From a virus, in the IMG/VR virus record IMGVR_UViG_3300036820_000003, positions 65,941-129,940 of that record: a stretch of 64,000 nucleotides of DNA. The stretch is one strand, 5' to 3'. A model generated the notes under the pieces. It was given only the letters and a program-made list of their open reading frames with translations. It was not told where the DNA came from and did not search any database. The translations under genes and the position numbers were made by a program. Positions 1 through 8,539 of the stretch are shown here, one piece after another (position 1 is the first letter of the stretch; each line of letters opens with the position of its first letter).

Positions 1-297
1 TTCCAGCTCCTTCCGAATTCCTTCGAGAACGCGATTCAGCAGCGGAAACATCTCACGACTCCCCAGTCCGTGCCCGTCGCCGTCCCCTTCAAGCACTTCC
101 AGGATGTGCCGACCCACGGACTTCCGCCAGCCCTCGTCGCCCGCGCCCTGGAAAGTCGCCAGCGAGTTGAGCAACTCCCGCAGATCCCCCAGATTCCCGC
201 AGCACGGCCCGACCTCCGACTCCTCTCCCTCTGCCGCCAGATGCAGCCACTCATCAGCGGTGAGGCCATACGTCCACACCGGGCTCGACTCTGACAT
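1..297 (-). CDS. Hypothetical protein, truncated by window start (MSESSPVWTYGLTADEWLHL...)
   Basis: Read by hand: ATG at 297 with GAGGAAGGAAC SD upstream, open to position 1; absent from ORF track because it runs off the edge. Confidence 0.7.
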   Translation of the reverse strand, partial: MSESSPVWTYGLTADEWLHLAAEGEESEVGPCCGNLGDLRELLNSLATFQGAGDEGWRKSVGRHILEVLEGDGDGHGLGSREMFPLLNRVLEGIRKELE

Positions 298-343
298 TCT
301 GTTCCTTCCTCTCGACTGGAAAACATCCGCTCGAAAATGTTTT

Positions 344-691
344 CTAACGTCCTCGCACCTTCCCGCATCCCCGACACGCAATCAGCTTTCCCAGTCGGAA
401 TCGCCAGGCGTGCCCGCGACACAGAAACAGTCGGTAATCAGCACCGCAGCGTCCGCAGCGCACACGAAGTCGCACGACGGAGGGCTTCCCGCAGACTCGG
501 TAAACCCTTCGTCCGAGCAAAGCCGTTCCCACTCGCATCCACTTGCACTCACACGGCGGAGCCCCCTCCAGCTCCACCCCCGCAAGCACGTCAATCTCGA
601 CGTCGACGCCCGCGCCCGCACCTTCCACTTCCGTCACTTCCCTCGACTCTGCCGGTATTCCCTTCGAGACTGATCCGTCATAAAGCGCCAC
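344..691 (-). CDS. Cys-rich putative zinc-binding hypothetical protein
   Basis: CxC, CxxC and CxxC motifs (CECK, CGRC, CRGC); same strand as neighbours. Confidence 0.55.
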   Translation of the reverse strand: MALYDGSVSKGIPAESREVTEVEGAGAGVDVEIDVLAGVELEGAPPCECKWMRVGTALLGRRVYRVCGKPSVVRLRVRCGRCGADYRLFLCRGHAWRFRLGKLIACRGCGKVRGR

Positions 692-807
692 ACCCGCTTC
701 CAGTTCGCCTCGCCCTCTCGCAGTCCGCGCGCCAGTCTGCGCAGCTCAGCCTGCGACATCTGCTCCAGTTCCTCGTCACCCGGAACCTCCGCACCTGCGC
801 CTTTCAT

Positions 808-1134
808 TCAGTTCACCCCCGTCGTAGCCGGATTCGGAACGACCGAAACGAAGGAGTCGCCGTTTGGGCAGGTGTACACGCCGTCCTGAACGACTGGCGG
901 ATCGATCTCCAGAGAGTTGATGATCACCTGCTGTTCGATGTCGCTGTACGTGGACGTGTCATTCCAGCAGATTCCGAGTCGAGCGACCTGGGCCGCCTTG
1001 CCGACGGAGCCGGTTGCACCCCTCGCACCAGGCGGTCCTTGCGGGCCGCGCGCACCCGCATGTCCCAGAGCCACGCCCAGAGCCGCCCCTGCAACCGCGC
1101 AGGCGATGATGCACAGAATTCGCTCGGTCATCAT
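808..1134 (-). CDS. Membrane-anchored protein with short collagen-like Gly-X-Y stretch
   Basis: N-terminal hydrophobic helix then GARGPQGPPGARGATGSVG; ATG overlaps upstream TGA (ATGA). Confidence 0.7.
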   Translation of the reverse strand: MMTERILCIIACAVAGAALGVALGHAGARGPQGPPGARGATGSVGKAAQVARLGICWNDTSTYSDIEQQVIINSLEIDPPVVQDGVYTCPNGDSFVSVVPNPATTGVN

Positions 1135-1427
1135 CGTCCTCCCCTGTCTCTGAAGTCGACGGGGGTGACAGCGTTGGTTCGAGCTGCAACGAACTGCGGC
1201 ATCTGGGAGATCATCTTCGCGACGGGTACCTTGGCGAAGTACCCCGCGCCAAAGCACACGTTCATCATCACATACCAGAACGCCTCGGCTCCGGTCATCT
1301 CGGCCACCAGACCGAAGTCCACCATCGCCTTCTTAGCCGGAATCCTGGCTAGATATCCCGCTCCGAACGCGATGTTGCTCATCACGTACCAGAATGTTTC
1401 CGCTCCTGTGAGCTGGATCTTTCTCAT
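1131..1427 (-). CDS. Small hydrophobic protein made of two tandem TGAExFWYVMxNxxFGAGYxAxxP repeats
   Basis: Internal duplication visible in translation; SD GGAAGGAA upstream. Confidence 0.8.
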   Translation of the reverse strand: MRKIQLTGAETFWYVMSNIAFGAGYLARIPAKKAMVDFGLVAEMTGAEAFWYVMMNVCFGAGYFAKVPVAKMISQMPQFVAARTNAVTPVDFRDRGGR

Positions 1428-1494
1428 GTGTTCCTTCCTTCCGGAAGCGGGCTGTCGAAAACACTTTCGACAGCCCGCCCCTTCACGTCAGCCC

Positions 1495-2379
1495 TCACAG
1501 ACCGTAACTGCACCCGGAGTCCACCGCCACCGCGCCCAGCGCCCCGGCCGTCGGCGAGTTCTCCGCGATCACGCCTCTCACACCGCTCGAGCCGCCTGAC
1601 ACGTGGAGAACGAGATGACTGTTCCCGTACGTCCAGCAGCCGTACCCGAAGTCCACCCCCGAGCTGTCGTCCACCCGGAATGAGGTGCCGTCGGCGTACA
1701 TGCCTCCGGCAGCGCCCGCGATCACGCCTTCCGTCCCGCATCCGGCGAAAGCGATTCCCTCACATTCTTCCAGGACGTAGCCGGTTCCGGAGGAGTCGAC
1801 CCCGCAGGCTCCCAGCCGAGAGTAGTTCATCTTCTGCAGGTGAAACCCCGACTTCGCGCAGGCGACGGCGTAGCAGCTGGCGAAGTCCACCGAGGTGCCG
1901 GCAGCGCCGCCCGGGACCCCCGTGAGATTGAAGCCGAACCCGCCCAGGGACTCACAGGTGACTTTCTTGAAGCTGGACACGATGACATTCGCCTCGACGC
2001 CATGGATTCCGTCGCCTCCGAACTGCTGGATGACCACATCGTCAAAGATCAAGCCGAAGGTATTTGCAGCAGCGCTTCGAGCAAGCACAACTCCCGAAGC
2101 CGCGTCCGTCACGCCGGTCCCGGTCAGACCCACGCCTGCCAGGGTGAGTCGAGCGCCGTCGGTCATGCTGATCGCGGGAACCCCCGGCTCCGTCATCTGG
2201 ATGACTGAACGGTAGGAGTTGACGCCCTCCACGGTGCAGGCCACCGGAGGTACCAGAGTGCGACTCACCGGGAACACCCCCACCGGAAGACTGCATCCGC
2301 CCTGATTCATCGCGGCTTGCAGCAGCGCGTAGTTATCGCCCGAGGAACTCAGTCCAGCGAGCACGGACACTGACGACAT
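1495..2379 (-). CDS. Right-handed parallel beta-helix protein (pectate lyase 3-like)
   Basis: N-terminal GDNYALLQAAMN..LPVGVFPVSRTL motif followed by Gly/Asn/Val-rich helical-coil repeats. Confidence 0.7.
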   Translation of the reverse strand: MSSVSVLAGLSSSGDNYALLQAAMNQGGCSLPVGVFPVSRTLVPPVACTVEGVNSYRSVIQMTEPGVPAISMTDGARLTLAGVGLTGTGVTDAASGVVLARSAAANTFGLIFDDVVIQQFGGDGIHGVEANVIVSSFKKVTCESLGGFGFNLTGVPGGAAGTSVDFASCYAVACAKSGFHLQKMNYSRLGACGVDSSGTGYVLEECEGIAFAGCGTEGVIAGAAGGMYADGTSFRVDDSSGVDFGYGCWTYGNSHLVLHVSGGSSGVRGVIAENSPTAGALGAVAVDSGCSYGL

Positions 2380-2566
2380 AGCTTTTCCCCCTCATCCTGC
2401 GCAGCGCCGGACGGAGTCGCACCAGCGCCATCACCGCCATGATAACAGTGATAACGGCGATCACGTGACTCAAATCCGCGTAAGCCCCGGGAGTTCTCAC
2501 CGTCGCAAACCCCGCGTGCAGTCCGGGGCTCACGTTCACATCTAGATACTGGTGCCAGCGCCCCAT
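2333..2566 (-). CDS. Small single-TM membrane protein
   Basis: Hydrophobic VIAVITVIMAVMALV followed by a basic stretch; overlaps both neighbours. Confidence 0.5.
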   Translation of the reverse strand: MGRWHQYLDVNVSPGLHAGFATVRTPGAYADLSHVIAVITVIMAVMALVRLRPALRRMRGKSYVVSVRARWTEFLGR

Positions 2567-3846
2567 GAGGTTTCCTTCCTTTTCGCCGCGCGATACGCCG
2601 CGCGAATGTACACGTACTGACGAGCCAGGGAATAGGCCAGATCCGGCAGAATCAGCACCGTCGAGGCAATCGCCTTCCAGCCTGCTTTCCGAGCCTGGAA
2701 CGCCTGTTCCAGAATCACGAGCGCGATCCCGATGAAGTAGTAAGGCGCGTTCACCGGATTAATCCCGCGCCAGCCGAACAAGTAGAACGACCAGCCGAGG
2801 TACACCAGCACCATCGGGGTGGCGAGCATCACAGCGTATGTCAGCACTTGACGAACAATCTGCTCGCGAGTCACTCGCGTCCAGCCGTACGCTCGCAGGG
2901 CGATGAGGGTGCCGTGCTGCCATCGTAGACGCTGGCTGTACCAGTCGCTCACGGTTTCCATCACGTCGGTCAGCACCTGGCAGTTGGACGGCGCAACTGT
3001 CTTGACTCCGAGCTTCTTCAGTCGCAAGGTCAGCTCGTAGTCCTCGACAATCGAGCGCACGTCGTAAACAGCTCCGTCGGGACGACTAGCGCAGACCTGG
3101 CGCATGACCCCAACCGGGATGGCCCATCCGGTTCCGCTCAGCACGTCGCACAGCGTCCTGCGATGCTGATGCCGAGCGAAGCGGGCGAACTCCGCGCGCT
3201 GCAACAGTCCCAGCAGGCCACCGCCCCTCCGCCCGTGGAAAGTCGCCCCCACTGCTCCGTATCCAGCGTCCAGCCAGCGCAGGGCGTTCCGGATGAAGTT
3301 CGCGTCCGGAACCGAGTCGGCATCAAATCCGCATATCACGTCTTCGTCTTCCAGCCACGGCAGCAGCATCGCGAGACTGCGGTTCAAGTTACCCGCCTTG
3401 CGATCCTGATTCCCGATCGTGCACGTGATCGACACCGGGAAGCGCGCCGCCTCCTCGGCCAGCCCAGGGACGGCGTTGTCGGTGAGGACGTACACCTCAT
3501 CTGGCTCGCGACTCTGAGTGAGCACCGCGCTGAGAGTCGCGCCCAGCTGCTCCACCTCGTTGTGAGCCGGAATCAGCACCACGACTTTTCGCGCACGCAG
3601 AGGTGACGGCGGCGGGAGAGGCTCACCCGGCACTGCGACTAGATCACAGCTGGTGACGCGCTCCCACGGCGCACGCTCCGTCACTCGCCTCCGACGCGGT
3701 AGCGTCGGAGCCGGAGCCTCCTCCCAGCGAGCACCTTCATCGAACAACTGCTCGAGCTGGTCAATCTCCGCCTTCACCTCGGGCGGGGGATGCGGCTCCG
3801 CGTACACCGGCATCTCAACAGTCGGATCCTGCTCTTCCGCGTTCAT
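2542..3846 (-). CDS. Processive GT2 glycosyltransferase (IcaA/PgaC/hyaluronan-synthase-like glycan synthase)
   Basis: IPAHNE, KAGNLN, DADS (DxD), VEDYELT, QRLRW (QxxRW), C-terminal TM helices; ATG 3846 with GAGGAAGGAA SD. Confidence 0.88.
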   Translation of the reverse strand: MNAEEQDPTVEMPVYAEPHPPPEVKAEIDQLEQLFDEGARWEEAPAPTLPRRRRVTERAPWERVTSCDLVAVPGEPLPPPSPLRARKVVVLIPAHNEVEQLGATLSAVLTQSREPDEVYVLTDNAVPGLAEEAARFPVSITCTIGNQDRKAGNLNRSLAMLLPWLEDEDVICGFDADSVPDANFIRNALRWLDAGYGAVGATFHGRRGGGLLGLLQRAEFARFARHQHRRTLCDVLSGTGWAIPVGVMRQVCASRPDGAVYDVRSIVEDYELTLRLKKLGVKTVAPSNCQVLTDVMETVSDWYSQRLRWQHGTLIALRAYGWTRVTREQIVRQVLTYAVMLATPMVLVYLGWSFYLFGWRGINPVNAPYYFIGIALVILEQAFQARKAGWKAIASTVLILPDLAYSLARQYVYIRAAYRAAKRKETSWGAGTSI

Positions 3847-3856
3847 GTTTCCTTCC

Positions 3857-4213
3857 TCACAGCAGGCTCGGGTTGCGCCTTTGCTGTAAATACAGCATAC
3901 CACGCCCAGCCGGCGCGAAGCGTCGGCCGAGGGCTCGGGGGGCTTCAATTGCAACTGGAAAACAGCCGCGTAAACAGCCACCCGCTTCTCGACTCCGGAG
4001 CATCCCAGCGAAAATCTCGTCCGGATCATCCACCGGATATGCCGGACTGACGGAGTATCCCCAGGCGGACGCCGCCATCCCCTCCAGAACTACCGGATCC
4101 TCCCGGGATCCGGCGTCCAGCTCCTCGCGCACTCGCCTGTCCATCCAGGTCACGGCCTCAACCCAGCGTTCACTGGTGACGACTTCGAGGGGAGGAGAAT
4201 CCGGGTCCGGCAT
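3857..4213 (-). CDS. Hypothetical protein
   Basis: Open frame on the operon strand; C-terminal part overlaps the GT2 promoter region, so extent is uncertain. Confidence 0.4.
   Translation of the reverse strand: MPDPDSPPLEVVTSERWVEAVTWMDRRVREELDAGSREDPVVLEGMAASAWGYSVSPAYPVDDPDEIFAGMLRSREAGGCLRGCFPVAIEAPRALGRRFAPAGRGMLYLQQRRNPSLL
3883..3902 (-). promoter_or_regulatory. Extended -10 (TGgTATGCT) overlapped by a perfect inverted repeat GCTGTA-aa-TACAGC
   Basis: -10 at 3899-3894; palindrome 3883-3896 just upstream of the GT2 SD; no good -35. Confidence 0.5.
3937..3957 (+). repeat. 21-bp core of the dispersed repeat upstream of GT2
   Basis: GGGGGGCTTCAATTGCAACTG. Confidence 0.85.
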
Positions 4214-4256
4214 CCCACGCCACAGCCAGCTCATTCCGAGTCTCCTTCTTCCTCGC

Positions 4257-4523
4257 TCAGGTGAGCGGACGCGGGGACGGGGGGATGTGAGGAGGAGGAG
4301 GGACCTCCAACAGGGGAGCGGGGCTCGAAAGTGTATTCGAGTCCAGCATCACCTCCTCCGTCACCCGAATCAGCCTGATTCGAGTTCCGTTCCGGGTGGC
4401 GCGCGCGAGCGTCTCGTCGAAGCGCGTGCGAGCCCGTCGCTCCGACGAGCTGACCGGCAGGCGAATCAGCCGTCGCCATCCGCCGGGCACCTCCTCACGC
4501 AGCTCAAAGCGCTCAGTTCTCAT
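4257..4523 (-). CDS. Hypothetical protein (RxxRVTEEV paralogue 1)
   Basis: Shares RFE...RxIRVTEEV segment with the adjacent ORF. Confidence 0.65.
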   Translation of the reverse strand: MRTERFELREEVPGGWRRLIRLPVSSSERRARTRFDETLARATRNGTRIRLIRVTEEVMLDSNTLSSPAPLLEVPPPPHIPPSPRPLT

Positions 4524-4983
4524 ATTCCGTCAGCACCTCCTCCGTCACGCGCACCGCGCGCAGCGCTCCCGTTCCCGACCGCGCGAGCCAGCCCTCCGCC
4601 AGTTCCTCGCGAACGCGAGCCAGCTCTCGCAGGGCGTCCTCCGGCTTCCAGGTCACTGAGCGTGTGAAGGTGAACCACTCCCCGTCCGGTTCGAAGCGCT
4701 GCTGGATTTCGAAACGCGTCGAAAATGTTTTCGAACGAAGGACGCGCTCAGCCGCCTCGCGTATGCGAGTGAGCTCCTCCGGAGGCGTCGCCGAGGCGAC
4801 GATCTGACGCGGGCAGATGTGAGATGCGGACCAGGTGATGAGATCCTCCAGCCAGGTAGCGTCACCGCGCGGATCTCCGAACACGTGAGTGACGCCGCAC
4901 ACCACGTGTCGCACCTCCACGTCGCCTTCGGCATTCAGACCTGTCACGTGGAAGGCGCGGAAGTTGACCGTCACAGGAACCAC
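4513..4983 (-). CDS. Hypothetical protein (RxxRVTEEV paralogue 2)
   Basis: C-terminal RFEIQQR...RAVRVTEEV; overlaps neighbours. Confidence 0.65.
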   Translation of the reverse strand: MVPVTVNFRAFHVTGLNAEGDVEVRHVVCGVTHVFGDPRGDATWLEDLITWSASHICPRQIVASATPPEELTRIREAAERVLRSKTFSTRFEIQQRFEPDGEWFTFTRSVTWKPEDALRELARVREELAEGWLARSGTGALRAVRVTEEVLTEYEN

Positions 4984-5249
4984 ACCTCGCCTTCCGTCTG
5001 ACCCGCAGGGGTCGCGCGGGTGAGACGGAGCTGATCGCCGGAGGATAGCTCGGCTTCGAGTTTCCCGGCGCGAGACAGAGCACGATTAACCGCCTGGGTG
5101 ATTCCCCAGCCGTTCAGCTCCTGCAGAGCCTGCAGACCGCGCAGACCCTCCCCGTCCAGCACGACCGTCACGCGACGCTCGCGAGAGGAATCCCCGCCGT
5201 CGCCGCCGATCTGCTCGGACGGGAAATCGGGATCAGTACTTGCGATCAT
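4971..5249 (-). CDS. Ribbon-helix-helix (CopG/Arc-like) DNA-binding protein
   Basis: RRVTVVLD strand followed by helix-G-helix (LQALQELNGWGITQAVNRAL). Confidence 0.6.
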   Translation of the reverse strand: MIASTDPDFPSEQIGGDGGDSSRERRVTVVLDGEGLRGLQALQELNGWGITQAVNRALSRAGKLEAELSSGDQLRLTRATPAGQTEGEVWFL

Positions 5250-5478
5250 GCAGTTCCTCCCGGGCGGGATTCGATTGCATCTGCGTCCTTTCATCTTCGG
5301 GCGCTAGAATGATGCAGCAGCGCTCACCCGCAGGACCCGTCACGTCCAGCGTCCAGCCGTCCTCGCGAACTCGCATCTCCTCCCTGACGACCGTCACGTC
5401 GGAGGGAAGCACCGACTCCACGTAAACAGCTATTCGTCTAGCGAACTCGTAGTTCGGATCCGAATTCGGCTCAGGCAT
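5233..5478 (-). CDS. Hypothetical protein
   Basis: Coupled overlaps with neighbours. Confidence 0.55.
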   Translation of the reverse strand: MPEPNSDPNYEFARRIAVYVESVLPSDVTVVREEMRVREDGWTLDVTGPAGERCCIILAPEDERTQMQSNPAREELHDRKY

Positions 5479-5836
5479 CTGAATCTGACTCCTTGTCGGG
5501 GACGTTCCTCGAACCCTGGAAACGGGGCGCGTAAACAGCAGGCTGGAAGAAGAGGGACGGAGCGTCGAAAACAGTTTCGAAGTGGGGCGGGGCGAGGGTG
5601 AGCGTGAGACCGGTGATGCAGCCGAAGCGCAGGATGTCGGCGATGTTCGGATTCTGATTCGGAATTCCGAGCCAGGTGACGGCCTCGACGCGACGACCTC
5701 GGAATAGGGCTCCGGGACGGGGGACTGGACGAGGGATGTAGTTGAGAGTGAGCTGCATCAGCGAGTCGGACCCCCTAGGACGATTAGCGCGACTGTGATG
5801 AGCAGCTCCGTCAGCAAGAATCCGAGCATCAGCCAC
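5471..5836 (-). CDS. Hypothetical protein
   Basis: Open frame in operon; true start may be the internal MQLTLNYIP. Confidence 0.5.
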   Translation of the reverse strand: MADARILADGAAHHSRANRPRGSDSLMQLTLNYIPRPVPRPGALFRGRRVEAVTWLGIPNQNPNIADILRFGCITGLTLTLAPPHFETVFDAPSLFFQPAVYAPRFQGSRNVPDKESDSDA

Positions 5837-6016
5837 ATGAGCGCCCAGGCCAGGACGTTGACAACGCGCAGGATTCGCATCACACGCATCCGGTCACCGC
5901 CAGCGCCCCGAGGGCCAGAATCAGGAACCACACCGCGAGAGTCACCGAGGCCCAGCGAACCTGTGAGGAGTGACGCAGGGCGCGCGGGTAGCAGCGCAGC
6001 CAGTTGAGAGCGAAGA

Positions 6017-6265
6017 TCACCCGGAAGCGGAAGTGAAGAACATGTGAACGGGTGAGGGAGCGCGGGAGGGGGGTTTTCGAACTAGTGTTCGGCATAATTC
6101 CGGCCTCCTCAAACGTCGACGCGGGACGTCCTTGTAGCCGAAAATCCGAGCGCGATCTTCCGAAGTCAGAGGGGCGGCCACTGTCTTGCGATAACGTCGC
6201 GCCGCGCGACGTTCGCTGATGCGAGTCGGGGTGATTCGCCACCAGACTTCACGCAGTACTGACAT
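6017..6265 (-). CDS. Basic hypothetical protein
   Basis: Overlaps upstream ORF end. Confidence 0.5.
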   Translation of the reverse strand: MSVLREVWWRITPTRISERRAARRYRKTVAAPLTSEDRARIFGYKDVPRRRLRRPELCRTLVRKPPSRAPSPVHMFFTSASG

Positions 6266-6464
6266 GCGCGGCTCCGGGAAGGATGACGGTCCAGCCGTCG
6301 CGCGAGGTGTGCCGGACGCTGACCTCGCCGCCCGCAGGGGAGCAAGTGACGACGGGGACGTCGATTCCCGGTCGCATGGCGGTGTTCACCATGTCGATGG
6401 CGGTGTCCTCGGGGATGTAAACTGCCATCGCCGTGACGGCCTGATCCGCGGTCATTTCATTCAT
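6249..6464 (-). CDS. Hypothetical protein
   Basis: Strong GGAAGGAAGGAAGGA SD run upstream of ATG. Confidence 0.7.
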   Translation of the reverse strand: MNEMTADQAVTAMAVYIPEDTAIDMVNTAMRPGIDVPVVTCSPAGGEVSVRHTSRDGWTVILPGAAHVSTA

Positions 6465-6559
6465 TCCTTCCTTCCTTCCTTCCTTTTCCTCCGGGTTCGA
6501 TTCCTCAAAGCCCCGCTGGGCGGACGACGGGCGGTCGAGTTCCCAGCGGGACGTTCAGG

Positions 6560-6587
6560 GTCCGACCGGGACCCGCCCCGGTCGGAC
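6560..6587 (-). terminator. GC-rich hairpin after the secreted-protein gene
   Basis: 11-bp stem GTCCGACCGGG/CCCGGTCGGAC directly downstream of the stop at 6596; no U-tract. Confidence 0.5.
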
Positions 6588-6595
6588 GTTGGGGG

Positions 6596-7570
6596 TTAGG
6601 AGGAGGCGCTGCCCTCGTTGATGCTGAAGGAGTTGCCGGTGATGGCGCTGGGCTCCATCGTGATCTGGCTCGCTCCGTTGATGGTGTTCGCCTGGACGAG
6701 CAGCTCGCCGCCGATCAGCCGATTACGGATGCTGCCGTTGTAGTTGTCAAAGGTCGCGTTGCTGAACGTGACCAGGGGGAGGTCTGCGGGTGCGGTCAGA
6801 TTGGGCGCGTTGGTGTTGTCCGCCCCGATGGCCGCCTCGAAGAAGTTCTCGGCGTTGACCCGCTCGGTGTACTGCAACTCCTTGACGAAAGTGCCCGAGG
6901 TGTTGTAGATGTCCACCGTGTACTGGATGAAGTGACGCTTCCCGGCGGGGGAGTAGTACGCGTCGAGAGTTACGGTGTCCCCCACGACGAGCGAGGTCTC
7001 GTCGACCGACGGCTGGACCTGATTGCCGGTGAACACGTAAGTGTCCGGGTCGCTGCCGGTGGCGATGCTGTTGACCCCCGTGGCGGAAGCGCCCAGTTCA
7101 GCGCCCGCCAGCTGAACGGCGGAGCCGGAGCGCAGGTTCGTCGAGCCCGGGTCGGTGACGATGACGCCATCCTGACTGCAAGGGTCGCTGCCGGTGGCGT
7201 TCTCAGTCAGATCGCCGTATGCGCCCAGCACCTCGAACTGACCGCCCAGGAACGTGACGCCGAGCTGCGCGGCCACGTTGTCGTCGTCGTCGCACAGCTC
7301 GACGCCGGTCGCGCCGGGATAGCTGCTGTCCAGGGCGTTGTTCAGATGCATCATCGCGGCAGTGATCTTGAATGTGGCGTGTGCGTCCCTGAGGTGCCAG
7401 TTGTCCCAGTGCTCCACGTACAGGCCGGCCTCACCGGTGACGTTGCTGCTAGGACCGACGACGGGAGCCGCGCTGGCCGCCGGAGCGAGGAAAGCCGAAC
7501 CGCCGAGAGCCGCGACTGCGACGCCGGAGGCGATCAGCCTTGAGCGCCTGTTGTTGTACTTGCTGGACAC
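6596..7570 (-). CDS. Secreted protein, possible glutamic peptidase G1 (peptidase A4)-like fold
   Basis: Signal peptide (basic N-region, ASA-A cleavage); AAQLG, VGDTVT, LVTFSNAT and GNSFSI resemble G1 segments; SD GGAAGGA. Confidence 0.55.
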   Translation of the reverse strand: MSSKYNNRRSRLIASGVAVAALGGSAFLAPAASAAPVVGPSSNVTGEAGLYVEHWDNWHLRDAHATFKITAAMMHLNNALDSSYPGATGVELCDDDDNVAAQLGVTFLGGQFEVLGAYGDLTENATGSDPCSQDGVIVTDPGSTNLRSGSAVQLAGAELGASATGVNSIATGSDPDTYVFTGNQVQPSVDETSLVVGDTVTLDAYYSPAGKRHFIQYTVDIYNTSGTFVKELQYTERVNAENFFEAAIGADNTNAPNLTAPADLPLVTFSNATFDNYNGSIRNRLIGGELLVQANTINGASQITMEPSAITGNSFSINEGSASS

Positions 7571-7634
7571 GGATGTCCTTCCTACGTTGGAAGGGCTTGC
7601 GGCCGCAAGCCCATGCGTAAAACCTACAGCATAC

Positions 7635-7671
7635 GACCGCGCGCCGCAACCTTTTGATGCGGTGCGCGGTC
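7635..7671 (-). terminator. 14-bp hairpin after the vWA gene
   Basis: GACCGCGCGCCGCA/TGCGGTGCGCGGTC immediately downstream of the stop at 7678. Confidence 0.5.
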
Positions 7672-7677
7672 AGTCGG

Positions 7678-8457
7678 CTATGCCTGAGTGGGAACCACCG
7701 CGAGCGCCATGTCCTCGGCTACCTCACGGTAGTTGGACACCCGGTCGAAGTAGTAGGCGTGAATCCAGGAGTGAGTCTTGGCGATTTCGACGTACTGGCT
7801 GTACGCCTCCTTGCCGGTGCCGTCGCCCAGGATGCCGACGGCCCACACCTCATCCCACTCGCCGTGGGAGCCGAGACCGTTCTTGAGCGTCGCCTGGGCG
7901 AGATACGCCTGGAATGCCTGCGCGTCGGCTAGCGCGCCGTCGGACAGGAGGATCCGAGCGCGAACCGGACGCTCGGCACGATGGGTGCTCCCGAACTCCG
8001 ACATGTAGTGCGCGTCGCCGGCGCGGATAGCCGCCATGATCTCGGTTCCGCCCTGCGGCTTGCCGTCCTTGAAGTACTTAGCGACGAACGCCTGCATCTT
8101 CTCGTCGAAGTTGGAGGAGTTCAGATCGCCGTCGTCGTCCCCCTCCCCGATAGGGCAGAAGATGTTGCTGAACGGGTAGGTGTAGACTCCGCCCTTGTCG
8201 TCGTCGCCGTCGGACTGCTCGGCGGCAGCCTGGCTGTCCAGCTGCTCGAAGGGAATGATGATCTCTCGCAGCGCCGCCACCTGCACATCGTAGGTGTTGA
8301 CCGAGGAGTCGCTGGCCCAGGGCCAGCCTTCGGACTCCGACACGTCGAAGTAGATCTCCGGCTCTACCTCCCGAGGTCCGGTGAGCAGCGGTACGATGCG
8401 CTCGCGCGGAGTGCGATCCGGCCCGCCGGTCGGTGTTTCCGTTCTGGTGATTAGCAC
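7678..8457 (-). CDS. von Willebrand factor A (vWA) domain protein
   Basis: MIDAS DVSES (DxSxS), GGT, LLSDG; SD GGAAGGAAG. Confidence 0.75.
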   Translation of the reverse strand: MLITRTETPTGGPDRTPRERIVPLLTGPREVEPEIYFDVSESEGWPWASDSSVNTYDVQVAALREIIIPFEQLDSQAAAEQSDGDDDKGGVYTYPFSNIFCPIGEGDDDGDLNSSNFDEKMQAFVAKYFKDGKPQGGTEIMAAIRAGDAHYMSEFGSTHRAERPVRARILLSDGALADAQAFQAYLAQATLKNGLGSHGEWDEVWAVGILGDGTGKEAYSQYVEIAKTHSWIHAYYFDRVSNYREVAEDMALAVVPTQA

Positions 8458-8539
8458 GCTCTTCCTTCCGTAAACCCTCTGTGTGGGGGCGTGTGCGTAA
8501 ACAGCCTACAGCCGCCGACTTCGCGATGCAAGGGGCAGG

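Noticed and set aside
1000-1070. Collagen tail fibre
   Set aside because: Only about six Gly-X-Y triplets on a membrane-anchored protein outside the tail module
337-1599. Long plus-strand ORF (also 3873-4667, 10209-10991 and similar)
   Set aside because: Arg/Pro/Ser-rich shadow frames opposite well-formed minus-strand genes; expected in GC-rich DNA
6493-6504. GGGTTCGATTCC T-loop-like sequence
   Set aside because: No T-stem, acceptor stem or anticodon arm; not a tRNA
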